A stretch of DNA of 63,716 bases, filler included, from Dimorphilus gyrociliatus (lineage: Eukaryota > Animalia > Annelida), in the NCBI GenBank assembly GCA_904063045.1. It is 3 parts of 3 records of this genome, joined end to end, with 100 filler letters (N's around TTAATTAATTAA, not from the genome) between each part and the next. Parts side by side here need not be neighbours in the genome. Positions count along the whole stretch, not along the records: positions 1 to 25,698 come from CAJFCJ010000158.1; 2 more parts are not named here. One strand, given 5' to 3'. Position 1 is the stretch's first letter. The number at the start of each line of letters is the position of its first letter. Position numbers and translations under genes: made by a program. Under the pieces are notes generated by a model. The model searched no databases, was not told the DNA's origin, and saw only the letters and a program-made list of their open reading frames with translations. This document shows positions 1 to 12,549 of the stretch, in pieces.

Positions 1-3000
1 AGAATCAATCGAATTTTTGGGTGCAATTTCAATTTAATTTAATTCAGTTCATTCAAGAACTTATTACCGTTGGTATTGATCTTCTTTTAAAGAAGCGATT
101 CGTTTTGGAAAGAATTGTTGATCTTTTACTAATGATGATCATAATGCCGCCATGTACCGATGTAGAATCGTTTATTCACGTTGCTGCTTTAATCGGGGTT
201 AAAATTAATACTGTTCTTATTCAAATTTGTTCTAAAGTTGTTGAGCAAATTGCTCGCGTTAAGTCCAACGAAGTTCCCAATTTGAAAGTTGAAGGAGAGC
301 TAATGACAAAAAAAATAGGCATTCAAAAACTATCGTCCAAGTTGCGTCATATTGTTGATATAGGCTCTCAGGTAGAAATTGACGAAGTTTGGTCGGTTAT
401 CATACCCGAGTTAGGTTTGTGGATGTTGGAGAACGCAGATGACTACATCAAAGAAGAATATTTTAGACTTTTCGAACAAGCTTTCATTAAAAGTTCATCG
501 TCTGGTGTACACCTAATAGCCGTCAAAGCCTTATCTCCTATTTATAATCTCATGGAGAAGAAGGGAGAATTGAGCACGAAAATGATTTCATTCAGTAAGA
601 GACTTTTAGGCTGTGTACTTCCGCATATGTGTGCAGAGGCCGACGATGAACAAGTGATTCATGCAACTCAAATTGTTAAAATTCTATATAACTTTTCCAA
701 AACGAACTATTGTCTTCCGCGGCCAGTGGACGCTAGTATTTTTGCGCCAAATTTAATTCGTTGCATAGATGTAGCGTATCCGACAGGAAAATTTCTCCTT
801 CTTAGATATTCAGCATTGGAAAAGCCTGAAAGAAAGGTAATGCAGTTTATCCGCCTCTATAACGAAGCCAACTTGGACAAGAACGAAGAGTCAATACGCT
901 ATTATGCCGATAGTTTGGCAATGATTGATGACATCTTTATGGATATGGGATTAATGATCGATATGCTTAGACACCAAAAGATAAGCAGCGAATTGCAGTT
1001 GACACTTGCTAAGTATACTTACGGACTGGCTGTTAATCTTTTAGGAACTACCCCGCTCCCCGGAAGAGATTTATCAATTAATAAGGGAAAAATTTCGCAG
1101 GCACTATCGCTATTACTGCTAAAGAATATAATGTCCCTTTTGAAAAAATTTCGCAAACGCTCAATCCAATTGCAATACATTGTAAAACTTGTACCTTTGA
1201 TTGAAAAGAAATATATAACGACGGAAGATGACAAAAGCTTTATTCTAGATATCCTTTACGAACTACTCGGAATTGGTTGTTGTCATCACGAGGAAAGTTT
1301 ATTGATCGCCGTATCAACAAGTCTAAAATTTCTAACTATTAACAACTATAGCGTTGGCCATATCTGTCTTCAGGCGACAAAAACCCGATTTAACGAAATA
1401 GTAAACGAAATGAATGAATCATTTAATAAATATTGGGAAGGTAGACTAAGAGGCGAAAAATTAAAAGATTTTGGGCGTAAATTGCGTAAAATATCATCAT
1501 TCTTTCATGAACACGAATTTCAAAAGTACAATAATCTTCTTGCCAACTTTGAAAGGGGTATCCGTATGATAAAGAATAAGAGTATGGACGAACTATTTGT
1601 TAAAGAATTCCTTAAGGCTGCAGCCTCTATGGCTCAAGCGTGTTCAATTCCATTTAACTGCCGGAATGAAACAACGACAGAATTCGAAAGCTATGAAAAG
1701 TTTCAATGCGACTTGATGGATATTTGCACCGACAGTTTCGGCGACTTAGACATTGATGAAGCTGCCTATGGCGTTGTCTGTCATATACTACTTGCGTACG
1801 ATTCAAAATTTAAACAAACCGGTTGCTATAAGGCTTTGTACGATGATGGTATCATTTCAGTACACAAGTCTGATTCATTTTTGTCCAAGATAAGTAAAAA
1901 GTTACAATGTTTTGTCCAATTTTATGTATTCTTCCAAAAGGATTTTCCAATGGAGAAAAAAATGATCTATTTAGAATCTTACGTCAGTCTTGTTATGAAA
2001 TGTCGCATACCTATGATCTTTTCTAGCTTTCTATTGTTGCACTGGGGAGAAAATGAGGAATTTAAGCCAATATTAAAAAAGTATTTCGATTGGGCCAGGC
2101 GCGTTAACCGTGTCGACCTGGCTAGAACCATAATTGAATGTCTCGCTCACGCCTATATGAAGAGTAAAAATAATCCGGAGAAATTGAAGCAGCTTTCCAC
2201 CGTTTTACTGTCCGAATTTGGACCAAACCTAGAAATTCATAGAGAAGCAGGCAGGGTTTTACAAAAAGTAGGAATTAAATTCGCATTAAAGGAAGAAATT
2301 CCTCCGTTTTTCGAAATTCTTACGGAGTGGACTTCCAAAATTTATAAAGATGATTCAGTTTTATTATTATGTTTTCTTGACGAGCAGGTATAATATTTCT
2401 TTGCTGACTTTTAATTAAGTCATTCTAACAGTAGATAATTGCTCATATTGTTTAATTTAAAACAGCTCGATAGTCTAGGCGATAAAAGTTTGTTTAACAA
2501 AGAGACATTTCCAATAGTAGAGAAGTATAAAAATACACTTTGGAATATACTTGATCCCAGTAAATATTATCCTTTTATTCTCCTATCATTCTTACAACAT
2601 CAATTTTCTCTTATTACTCTATTCTTGTTCGATATAGTTGAAAATATTAAAAGGGCCAACTTAGGTGATTTGTTTACGATGAATCGTAGTTGTGATAAAG
2701 TAATAATAAGATCGTAAGAATCTTGCATAATCTATTAAACAAAAAACTAACTATAATAAATTTTATTCTCTACAATCTAGGATTCAGGTAATAAATCGTA
2801 CTTGTTCAGGCGACCCTGACAAAGATAAACCGAAAACTTTGTATGTTCAGCCAATTATTTTTCGAAGCAGTGGTCAAATTGAATATAAAAAGTGTATGCG
2901 CCGGAGGCCGGTTATGAAGGCAGATGTTATGAATTAGTACGTTGTTCAATTTTTTGTTTTTCTGAAATAATTCATTTTAATTCGTATTAATCGGTGTAAA

Positions 3001-4626
3001 TTGTAGTCTTCCACCTCCAATACTGAAAAATCGGGAGACACAAAAGAAAAGAAAGCAGGAAAGTCAGGCTGAGGAAGCCTCGGTAGATTTTGCTATTGTA
3101 GACTTGAGTCATATAAACTCCCTATGTGAGGATAGCGGTAGCAATAGTAGTGAATCTTCATCGACGGAAAGTAAGTTATTTCAAACGTTTACACTTTTTT
3201 ATCAATCTGAAATTCAAACGCAGACAAAGATTTATCTCCAACAGCTGAAGAGTATATGAAAATCGTTAAAACATGCTCAGAATTGTCAACTGTGGATACT
3301 GCAACTTTACCAGATCCTCCAAAGTCCGCCTTTGCTCTTGCATCATTTTCGCCGATGTTATCGTCATCGTCTCCTACAGTGCCAGGTATGAAAATTATAT
3401 TTCCAGCGAACGGCCTACCATTCTCTTCCGCCAAATTCGCCTTACCATCAAGTGTTCAATCTGGATTCCGATCAATTACATCAAGATCTACAAAGACGAA
3501 AGTCTTATCGTCAGACTCTGTTAAATCTGCACAATCGGCATCTAAGTACATGAAACTGTCATCGACGAAGACGACTACAAAGCCGAAATCTACAATTTCC
3601 AAATCCTCAAGGGCTAAATCAGTTTCTTCAAAATCTGCGAAATCTAAACTTAAAGCTGAGCCAGTTACGCCTCCAACCCACGCATCTACATCTTCGACAT
3701 CCAATTCTACGGCATGGTTGCCTGCAAAGCCCAAATCGATATCATTAATAACTACAAAGTCGCCGTCACTCGATTCGTCAACTCTGTCAAGAGAGAATAA
3801 ACACGAGAGGCCTGGTCCGACCAGAATTAATTTTGCGGAATCAACATCTACCAATCCCAAACCCCCAACGACCACCTATTCGACGTCAACCTCTTCGACA
3901 TCCACCAGAATCACGTTTGGATCCAATTCTATATTAAACTCCTCTTCACCACCGATAGAAGCATTTGTACCTCTACTCGAAGCTGTTTCTGGAAATAATC
4001 AAGATGATTCTAATACTTTCAGTAAGTAGCTTACTAATTTAAAATAAAAAAAAAAATAATATTGTTCAAGCACAAGCAGATAGTGGACAAACAACATTTG
4101 AAATTATAGACGGCTCTATGCTGGACAATGGTAATATAGAATAAAAATATAAAATTGAATTTTCTCTTTCCGCGTATTTTTATTTTTCATAATTTGAACA
4201 GATAAAATTGAAGATATGGAAATCAACAACTGTCAACAGTGTCCTATTGAATGTGATTTGAATTCAAGCGTGCCAAGTCATGGTCTCGAAGAAGAGTTGG
4301 GATTGACAAACGAACAGTTAGGATTAACAATTGGGGGTGATAATACCCTCTTGGACGCTATCAAGGGTAAAATACCGCTACAACAGCAAAGAATGTTGGA
4401 GATAATAAAAAAGAACTTTATTTTGCAGAGGTAACGGATCAAGATATTACTGATGAATCTTTAGGATGGGATAGCATCGTAAGTTCTTATGTTAATTAAA
4501 AAAGATTTATCTAAAATTGCAGAATCCATCTTTACAGCCATTGTCCTCAAATGATATTATTACTGATATTATTACTGATGATGACGCGCTTACGTCTAGC
4601 TTTAATTTTGGAGTAAGTAAACATTA
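1..4626 (+). CDS. Divergent cohesin SA/STAG (stromalin)-like subunit, 5'-partial, multi-exon, with long Ser/Thr/Lys-rich C-terminal tail
   Basis: The ORF is open from the window edge to a donor at ~2387. PELGLWMLENADDYIKEEYFRLFEQAF..VHLIAVKALSPIY matches the STAG SCD motif (EEIGVWM..Y.DAFLNDSYLKYVGW..VRLKCLKALQSLY). SEFGPNLEIHREAGRVLQKVGIKFAL..PPFFEILTEWTSKI matches the STAG C-terminal motif (TFGLDQIKTREAV..LHKDGIEFAF..FLEVLSEFSSKL). Downstream exons (~2465-2551, 2639-2712, 2781-2936, 3007-3172, 3225-4022, 4202-4366, 4428-4477, 4522-4626) join in frame through GT-AG introns of ~50-180 nt. Confidence 0.8.
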
Positions 4627-6871
4627 AACTAAAACAAGAAAGTTAATTATGCTAATACTGTATATAAATACGGTATATATATTAATGCTAGGGTTATATA
4701 TATACAGTATTGGCAGACTATTTTTAGCCGCCTTGAAAAATTTTAAAAAGATTGATACTTTAGATATTAATGAATAATTTTACTAGTATTATTTATATTT
4801 CAACAAAAGGGAATTCGTTCAAAAGTAGTCTTTTCTATTTTATTAAATATTTTACTTTAAATATACTTTAAGACCTTGTTTAACAATCAATATACATAGA
4901 AAATGATAACATTATGTAAATACTATTAAACCTTTTTAATATTTCGTATGACTGCCTTCGAAATATAATTTCTAAAACTTAATTTTATCTAAGAACAACA
5001 ATTTTTTGATACTGTGTATATCTCTACATATAAACTACTACTTAATACAGATCGCCGACGATCTTATAGAATAAAATAGGAGAATATCTTCTCTTACGAT
5101 TATTCTTAGGAACACTGAAAACATTACAATCAATCATGGTGAAGGGTAAAGTAAACTTAATATAATTAACTTTTTCAATACTTATTAACAAATTATTGTT
5201 TTTAGATCCAAAAAGAAAAAATGATTTCTCTTTATTATTTAAATCTACCTGTTATCACTTTGGATGACACGAAAAATGTTTTAATTACAAACTGAATTCC
5301 CCTATTGATGTGATCTTCGATTTATTAGTTTCAATTTTTCATATCTATTGCATGAATCAATCCTTTTTTTATTGAAAAATGCATTTTCCATTTTTTTTTA
5401 TCTCAATTGTGCTTAACAATTGATTGTCTTTTTTAAGACTGCCATTTTTTCTCTTGAATTACTTAACAATTACAGTTATACTTTATATACGGTATGCTGT
5501 ATATTATGCAGTAAACTACTTTACTTTCTATGCTACTGTTTACAATAACTGTTATATGTATACTTAAAAATTTATATTTATATATATATATTTATATATA
5601 TATTTCTTGTGAAAAACCCTATCTCTTTTTTATTGATAAAGGTGAAAAATTCAAATACAGTTCATTTTTTATACTTCGAAAGTAAAGTTTATTAGTTTAA
5701 CTAATGGGATATTTTTTTTAAGTCGATCTTTTTCGATACATTGTATTATATACTTATAGCAACTATTTTCGGTAGACATTTTGTTTAACCCGAGCGTGAT
5801 GGGTATTTTTCAATACCAAAATTCTTTTCATTTCCGTTTCCTGCGGTGAAAATTTCCAGAAATGCACGTGGACATGGAATTAATCTGTTTTAAACGGGTT
5901 TAAACCAACAAGTTCTGTCTAACAGCGCAATTTTTAGGTATATATTTCAATTTTTTATTATCTTATCTAAAAGATTACGAACCAATAGCAATTTAAACTT
6001 ATGTGAACGAACTATGAAAACGAGACCGTCAAGAATCTTTAACCGAAGGCTGAAAGTTCCTCGACGATTATCATACACACTGATATCGTCGAGTAAGCAC
6101 GCCCAAATATTTCCATTGAGGGAAGAGGCCAATAACTACAGAAAGAATATGGAACAATTGAATGATGCTCCTCGGCTCTTGTAGTTAATTTATCAAGCTT
6201 GAAAACCTAGAGAGATGTATGGAATAAATTCTATATCCATATTCTTAACTAATCTGTGTTTGTTAGCATATATATATATATATATATATCTTGTTTATTC
6301 ATTCATTGATCGATTGATACTGTTCCAACGTTCCTTACTAGGAAATGAATATGTTAGTATAGAGTATCATCATCAATAGCTGCTTGAATGAGAGAATAAA
6401 GAGAATAAACTCAATAATTATAATAATTATTACTTTTGTACGATTATTAGTAGTCTATTGCGTAGAGTTAATTCTGTTGATTGGAAAATGAAGAGGAAGA
6501 TAAAAATCTTGAAAGGAGTCATCTTAAAGGGTATAACAATTAATATACAGAGTATACTGTAATAAATGTTTTCAAAATTTATTAACAAACGATTTGTTTT
6601 TAGATCCAATAGGAAAAAAATGATCTCTCTTTAAAGCAAGAAGAAAAATTGTAAATGATAAGTAAAAAATTGTAAACAAAAAGAAAGGAAAAATTAATAA
6701 ACAAACAAAGGGGGAAAAGGAATGTCTCTTTTCTTTTTTTTCCAAGTAAAATTCTCTTATGAGACTGACGATGATGTAAATATTAGATTATACATAATAT
6801 GTATAAAACAACGGCAAAGTGCTAACGGTGTTGATGGCGATAGAGGATAGGAAAAGAACAAAGAGTATTTA

Positions 6872-7468
6872 TCACGTTTTTCTTTTCGGTTTATTTTCAT
6901 TCATATCTCTCTCCTCATTTGGGAACTGTTCCGTGTTCTGTTTATAACATATCTTTTGTAATGGTGGCGATTTCTGCGGATGAATAGTTGAAAGTTAATA
7001 GGGGCAAAGTTGTCAAGAAAAGGAGAAGCTCTTACGTCTTCTATGTACTTGGGTAACTTTCGTTTAATATCAATTCGCTTAGGAGGATTGGGACAATTCA
7101 CTTCTGTAGGAACAGCATCCGGGAATAGGTATCTCTTCTCTGGCGAAGTATAGCAGGTATCAAGAAAATGATCTGAGCATACTCGTTTCCTCTCTAAACA
7201 CTTTTTATTCTTTCTATAAAGGTTGTATAACGTTTCATTCCTTAAATTTTGAACCCATCTGGCCGCCCTAGATAATAGAAGAGAACAAGTAAAAAGATGT
7301 CTGGCGAGCGATATTGAACAATATAAATTTGGGAATCAGTTAAAAAAGAAAAAGAAACTTTTCCAACAAATTGGGATCTCTTGGAAAACGATGAAATCGA
7401 ATAATTTTATTTTTCCCAGCAGCGTTCCTACAATTAATCGCCTGACACAATGATCCACCATGCGACAT
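6872..7468 (-). CDS. THAP zinc-finger domain protein (~144 aa, 3 exons; further 3' exons not excluded)
   Basis: Exons 7468-7359, 7258-7036 and 6973-6872 splice in frame to MSHGGSLCQAINC..FHRFPRDPNLLEKWVQNLR..RVCSDHF..LFPDAVPT, which is a complete C2CH THAP signature with the AVPT motif. Confidence 0.8.
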
Positions 7469-8385
7469 TATTTAATTGTTAGTTTTAAGTTGGTCCGTTG
7501 AAGATAATGTACAATTCCAAATGACCTTATTACCAGTTTTTGGATATTTTTTTTATTTTAAACTTTCGGGCTGCACACTGGGTAAACAAAAGAAATTAAT
7601 TAAAGTTTGGGTTTGGAATTAAATAATTAATGACGATGATGATAATAATAAATCGTTTTATTACTATTTTTTTTTAAGGTCAAATGATGGATAGTTTCGT
7701 CTTTGAAAATGATACGAGATGTTGAATTTAGGGTATCTTCTTTGAATTATTTCATATATCCTTTTCCAAGGTAAAATAATGATATTATAGCTAAATATGG
7801 AATAAAAACTGTTGATTATCTTTATTTTGCAGGGATTTTATTTCTAGAAAAGAAATATGCGGAAGGAACAAGTCACACACTTTACTAATAACAAGTTAAA
7901 AGATGAAGGTAATAATGAAAATACAACGTGATAGGCGCAAAAAAAAATCCCCTTGACAAACTAGTCCGCTCATTCATCTTGTATTTATAAAAAAGAAGAG
8001 AAAAAAGCGTTTAATAACATTTCGCTTATTATTTTTTTCTTTTTTTGGGTATTTACTAATATCTCTCTTTTATTTCTTACCTTCCCTTATCCTTATGAAA
8101 AGAAAGGAAAAGTGACAATTATTAAATGTATATTTGACAGTTTTTTTCATTCGTACGGAAATTTCTCTTCGTGCCAATGTTTTTTTTTTCACTATTGTAT
8201 TTAATCAAGGTCATTGAAATGGCTTCCGCTTTATTCTGCCATTTCAATTCTGTATCCTTATAAGGTAATAAAGGAACTGCTATAAAACAGTAATATCAAT
8301 CCATAGGCATGAATTTTTTTGGCTTTTTCTTTTTGTTACTTATTTATTAGATTTGTTCTGTCCTTGAACATTTTATTAATGTATA

Positions 8386-8467
8386 GCAGTCGTGGCCGAG
8401 TGGTTAAGGCGATAGACTAGAAATCTATTGGGCTCTGCCCGCACAGGTTCGAATCCTGTCGACTGCG
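8386..8467 (+). tRNA. tRNA-Ser (anticodon AGA)
   Basis: 82-nt cloverleaf GCAGTCG...CGACTGCG with long variable arm, anticodon loop CT-AGA-AA, T-loop GGTTCGAATCC and a downstream T-run. Confidence 0.97.
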
Positions 8468-11131
8468 CAAAATATTCTCTTTTTTGTTTTTTTAAAAGTT
8501 TTGTCTTTTAATTAAAAAAGAAACGTGTTAAACTCTTTCTATTGCAGTTGCAGATGATGTTGATTTAGAAAAGAAAGCAAAAAGGGGCGGAGAGAGCGGA
8601 AGGGGAAACAGAAATTGTTTATCATCATCTAAGTAAAAGTTAGTTACAATATGACTTTTTCGAAGACTGGGCGAGAGATAAAACCAATCTGCAAGTGGTG
8701 ATAAGGTAATCAAAAATATTGCTGTTGTTTTTGCAGTATACTAGTAAATTTTGTTTTTTTTTTTTATTACATCTAAAGATAACTTGGATTCGTGAGAATG
8801 TTTGTTTGAATATTTTCCTCTTCAATTCAGTTTGTCTTTCTAGATGAAAGAAATATCATTTTATTGTTGAAAATAAAATTTTCGGTTTTGAACAATCCGA
8901 AAAAGGATGGAAAGATGATGAATACTAATTCTGCTTTGATGAGAAAACTTCAGTATCCGAACCAATTAACTCGTTGTCAATCTCTTCAATATTAATAGGA
9001 TTATTGGATGATTCCGATATGGAAGTGGATAATAACCAATATGGAATTAATAGCGGTATGGGAAGCTTATACGCTCAATTTCGGAATTGATAATAATTAA
9101 TATAAACCATAATAACTTTACTATAGCCTGTATTGGCCCTATAAAGAATAGGTAGCAGTTGTCCCATTCAATAGACATTCTTTTCTATTCGGTTTGCAGA
9201 CGTATTCCGGTCGGGCGGCCAACGTTTTAAATTTAGCTTTGAAAATTTTTTTCATGATGATTTTTACTCTTTTTTTACATTTTTTAGTTGTCGCGATGCG
9301 AATGATACTCTGCAAAGGAAGCTGATTGAAAAATGACGAATTTCGGTTCCAAAAGTATATTGGTGAGACAGCTTATAAAGCGGAAGAAGGTTTCGTCTGC
9401 TTTTCGATAGGTCAAAGGTAGTAGAGTTTTTCCTATCTATCTAGCTATCTAGCTATCTTTTTATTTTTCTTGTTGAAACCCTATTTGGCTATAGTATTTA
9501 TAGAACAAGTTGGATATCCTATTCAATGTTGTCCGGTTGCTCAAATTATACTCGGAGCTATCGTTCAAGACTTAAACGATAATTACCAATTGAAAAGAGA
9601 TTATTGAAACAAAAAACTTCAAAAGTAATTTTTTATTAAATTCTTCTTCCTTTCTATAAGAATCTTAAGTTAATGATATTTTTGTTTTTTCTTTTTCTTC
9701 TTTCATAAAGAAACCTTGCAGTGGATCTATTAAATAAATGCCATTCAGAGAATCCTCAAAATACCCAACTGCTTGCTACTCGTTAAAGACATTGATCCGA
9801 CGACGATAGAGGACATTTCAAATTGAATATTCCTTATTTTATTCTAGGTTTTGCTATCTATATTATTTATCTTCCTACTCTTCTTCTCAATGTTAAGTTT
9901 AACTGGCGAAACAACGAAGGCGGGCGATCTATCAGTAGCCGAGCCGATTGGCTTTTCGTTGATTGGCTTATTACAATAGTTCCACATTTCTACAATAAAA
10001 AATCTATTCTTAAAAGAAAACTTATTAAATTTCTGGCACACGACTGCAATTTATTGGATTCTATTTGCCTAGTTATGTTTAAAACTGCAATTTTGTTGGC
10101 TGCTGATTGTTGGCGATGCATGAAACTATCTCGAGTTATTTTCTCAATTTTTCTATTCATTTGTTATAGTAGACTTTTTAAATATGTTCATATCGTCTCT
10201 AAGCGAAAGAGGACCAAAATTGATCATCATCATCAAAGAGATGACGTTAAGATTATTGTGGTTTTTTATAATCCTATCAGTTGTTGTTGTTGTCATTGGT
10301 TACGGTGTCGCTATCCAATCTATTCCCTATCGAAAAATCACAGCTATATTATTAATGTTTAATTTGATTGTTGCAGTATTCGAGTAAGAAGTGAATGATA
10401 TTGTTCTTTTCTTTGTTATTCTAATTGACAATTCTTTAAACCATAGACAAACTTAGGGTAGTTTGTTATCTATATTGTATGATTAGTAATAAAATCAAGT
10501 TTTCTCTCTCTCTCTCTCACTCCAAATGGGAAATGCTAATGATTGAAAAGTTTTTCACCAATCAGCGCACAAAGCGTTCAGATTGCATTACCTTATTACC
10601 TACTTAAAGAAACATATTATTCACTGAGAACAATCATTCAACACTCTCAATAATAACATTCGAACAAACTTGATTATTAATTAATTAATTAATACTATTC
10701 TACTTGTTTGTTTACATTGTTGTGTCGTCTGGTTTATTGCTATTGTAAATATCTACGAAATAAATAAATAACATTAAAAAGTTTTTAATATTCTTTTTAA
10801 GCATAACAACTAAAAAAAAACACCAATTCTATCGAAATAAAAGTAAAATATGCTATTTATGAAAAGTACGAAAAAATTATTGATTAATTTTTTTTTACCA
10901 CGTGCATTTTTTGTTCTAAAAAAAGTCACGTGACGTTCTAAAAAAATTCTTGCACGCCTGTCAATTATTGTTCATTAGGCTCTTCAAAAAAAAAATGGCG
11001 ACATCTTATTGAACGCTGATAGATTTTTTGTTGAAAAAAAGCACTTTAAAGTTATTTTGCAATATTATTTTTGAAGAAAAGTAATAATATTTAAAGACTA
11101 TAATAGCAAACAGAAGAAAAACTTTGGAAAA

Positions 11132-11612
11132 ATGGCACGTAAGTTCTTAAAAATTGATAGAATATTTTTCCTTCTAAATTTTGATAGTAATTTATTATTG
11201 CAAAAACCATCTACAAATTAGACGAACAATTTGAAAGGAACTGCCAACTTTGTCAGTCGACCAATGAGCTTATATATTAGCAAAAGTGCATGCATAAATA
11301 TCCTAATATATATATATATACGGACGTTAATTCGTAGACGGTTGCTAAATACAAATTCAACATTGTTCGGTTTATATGATCAGCTTTCTTAAATTTGCAG
11401 ACTGTATAGATCAAATGGAATTGAATCGCCTGGCTCCCGGCAACAATATTAACTTGGAGAAAGCGATGAATTGCGATAATTGCCGAGAGAGTGTACTAAA
11501 AACTTTGGAAGAGATTGCGGCAATTAAAAAGAGAATACATCAACTGGAGAACAGGAGACGAGGTGCACCTATGGGGTTATCGGCTACCAGAAAACGTATA
11601 CATTCTAATTAA
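11132..11612 (+). CDS. Small hypothetical protein (~90 aa, CxxC plus coiled-coil segment)
   Basis: Tentative 3-exon model (ATGGCAC|gtaag; ~11222-11251; ~11383-11612) that is phase-consistent. Contains CDNC followed by an amphipathic stretch. No family recognised. Confidence 0.35.
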
Positions 11613-12313
11613 TATTTTGCTTATTTGACCACAAGAGTGAAGTCCTTTATTATGTTTTTCTTCTTTTTTCCTTCTTCATCCAGTCAAGAAGATGATGGCG
11701 GAAACGAAAGACGATCCCAAAGAAACTTCCAATTCCAGTTCGAAAATGGACGATGAACCATCGAAATAAGCGGAAAGAGCTTTTCGTGTTGTGAAGTTAG
11801 CCTTAAACATTTTATGTTTTTTGGATTCAAATTTCATTTTGAATAAATCGTGAAACGTAAAAAACAACAACAACAACAACAACCAAATCTAGTAACGTGT
11901 AAAAAAAAACTCTTTTCAAAGAGTCTAATCAATTCTAGATAGATAAAAAGCGCCAAAAATTTTCCCCCAGAAGATGATGATATATCATAAAGTCCACAGT
12001 CTACAAAATAAATTAAGTACGACACATGTAAAACCCTTCAAGGTATGATAAATCAATAATTAACACGACAAAACGACATACCTTCTCTTCTACAAGAACA
12101 ACTACAAATATTTTAACAGTTCATAACTTTAATATTCATTACATCCTTTACAATAGTTAATTGATTGATTGCTTGATTGATTACGCAGGTAATTTCTAGG
12201 TAAATGAATGTAACCAATTTAATTAATAAGGTTTTAACCGAAAGAAAATTTCTTTGCAAAGGAATAATAGTCTCTGCAAATGTATGGTCATTTTGCACTT
12301 ATTGATTCTCATA

Positions 12314-12395
12314 GCAGTCGTGGCCGAGTGGTTAAGGCGATGGACTCGAAATCCATTGGGCTCTGCCCGCACAGGTTCGAATCCTGTCGACTGCG
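12314..12395 (+). tRNA. tRNA-Ser (anticodon CGA)
   Basis: 82-nt cloverleaf, anticodon loop CT-CGA-AA, followed by a long poly-T terminator. Confidence 0.97.
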
Positions 12396-12549
12396 AAATT
12401 TAATATTTTTTTTTTTTTTTGGCTTTTTTGTTTTAATATTTATTTTTTTTTTTGCGAATAGAACGTTCTTGAGTAGTATCTCAATTGTCTATATAAACGG
12501 GGAGAGTTGTGCCGTCTAAATACCGTAGGGATTGAACAAGAAAATCGGT

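Noticed and set aside
3189-3875. Acidic, Val/Asp-rich minus-strand ORFs (139 aa and 81 aa)
   Set aside because: Antisense shadows of the Ser/Thr/Lys-rich plus-strand exon, which has in-frame splice sites on both sides.
4705-4740. TA-CAGTATTGGCAGAC.. Tc1-like terminus
   Set aside because: No convincing inverted partner or transposase nearby.
8500-10400. Coding-like region, including a weak Rad21/Rec8 kleisin-like reading on the minus strand near 9760-10160 and the hydrophobic 9823-10362 ORF
   Set aside because: A kleisin near a divergent STAG would be attractive, but the required splice phases do not match and the similarity is marginal. I could not build a consistent gene model on either strand; a gene may still be present.
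11222-11612. ZAD/zf-AD-like domain (CQLC ... CDNC)
   Set aside because: The CQLC frame hits TAG at ~11278, and the phase-consistent splice removes the second Cys, leaving only one CxxC.
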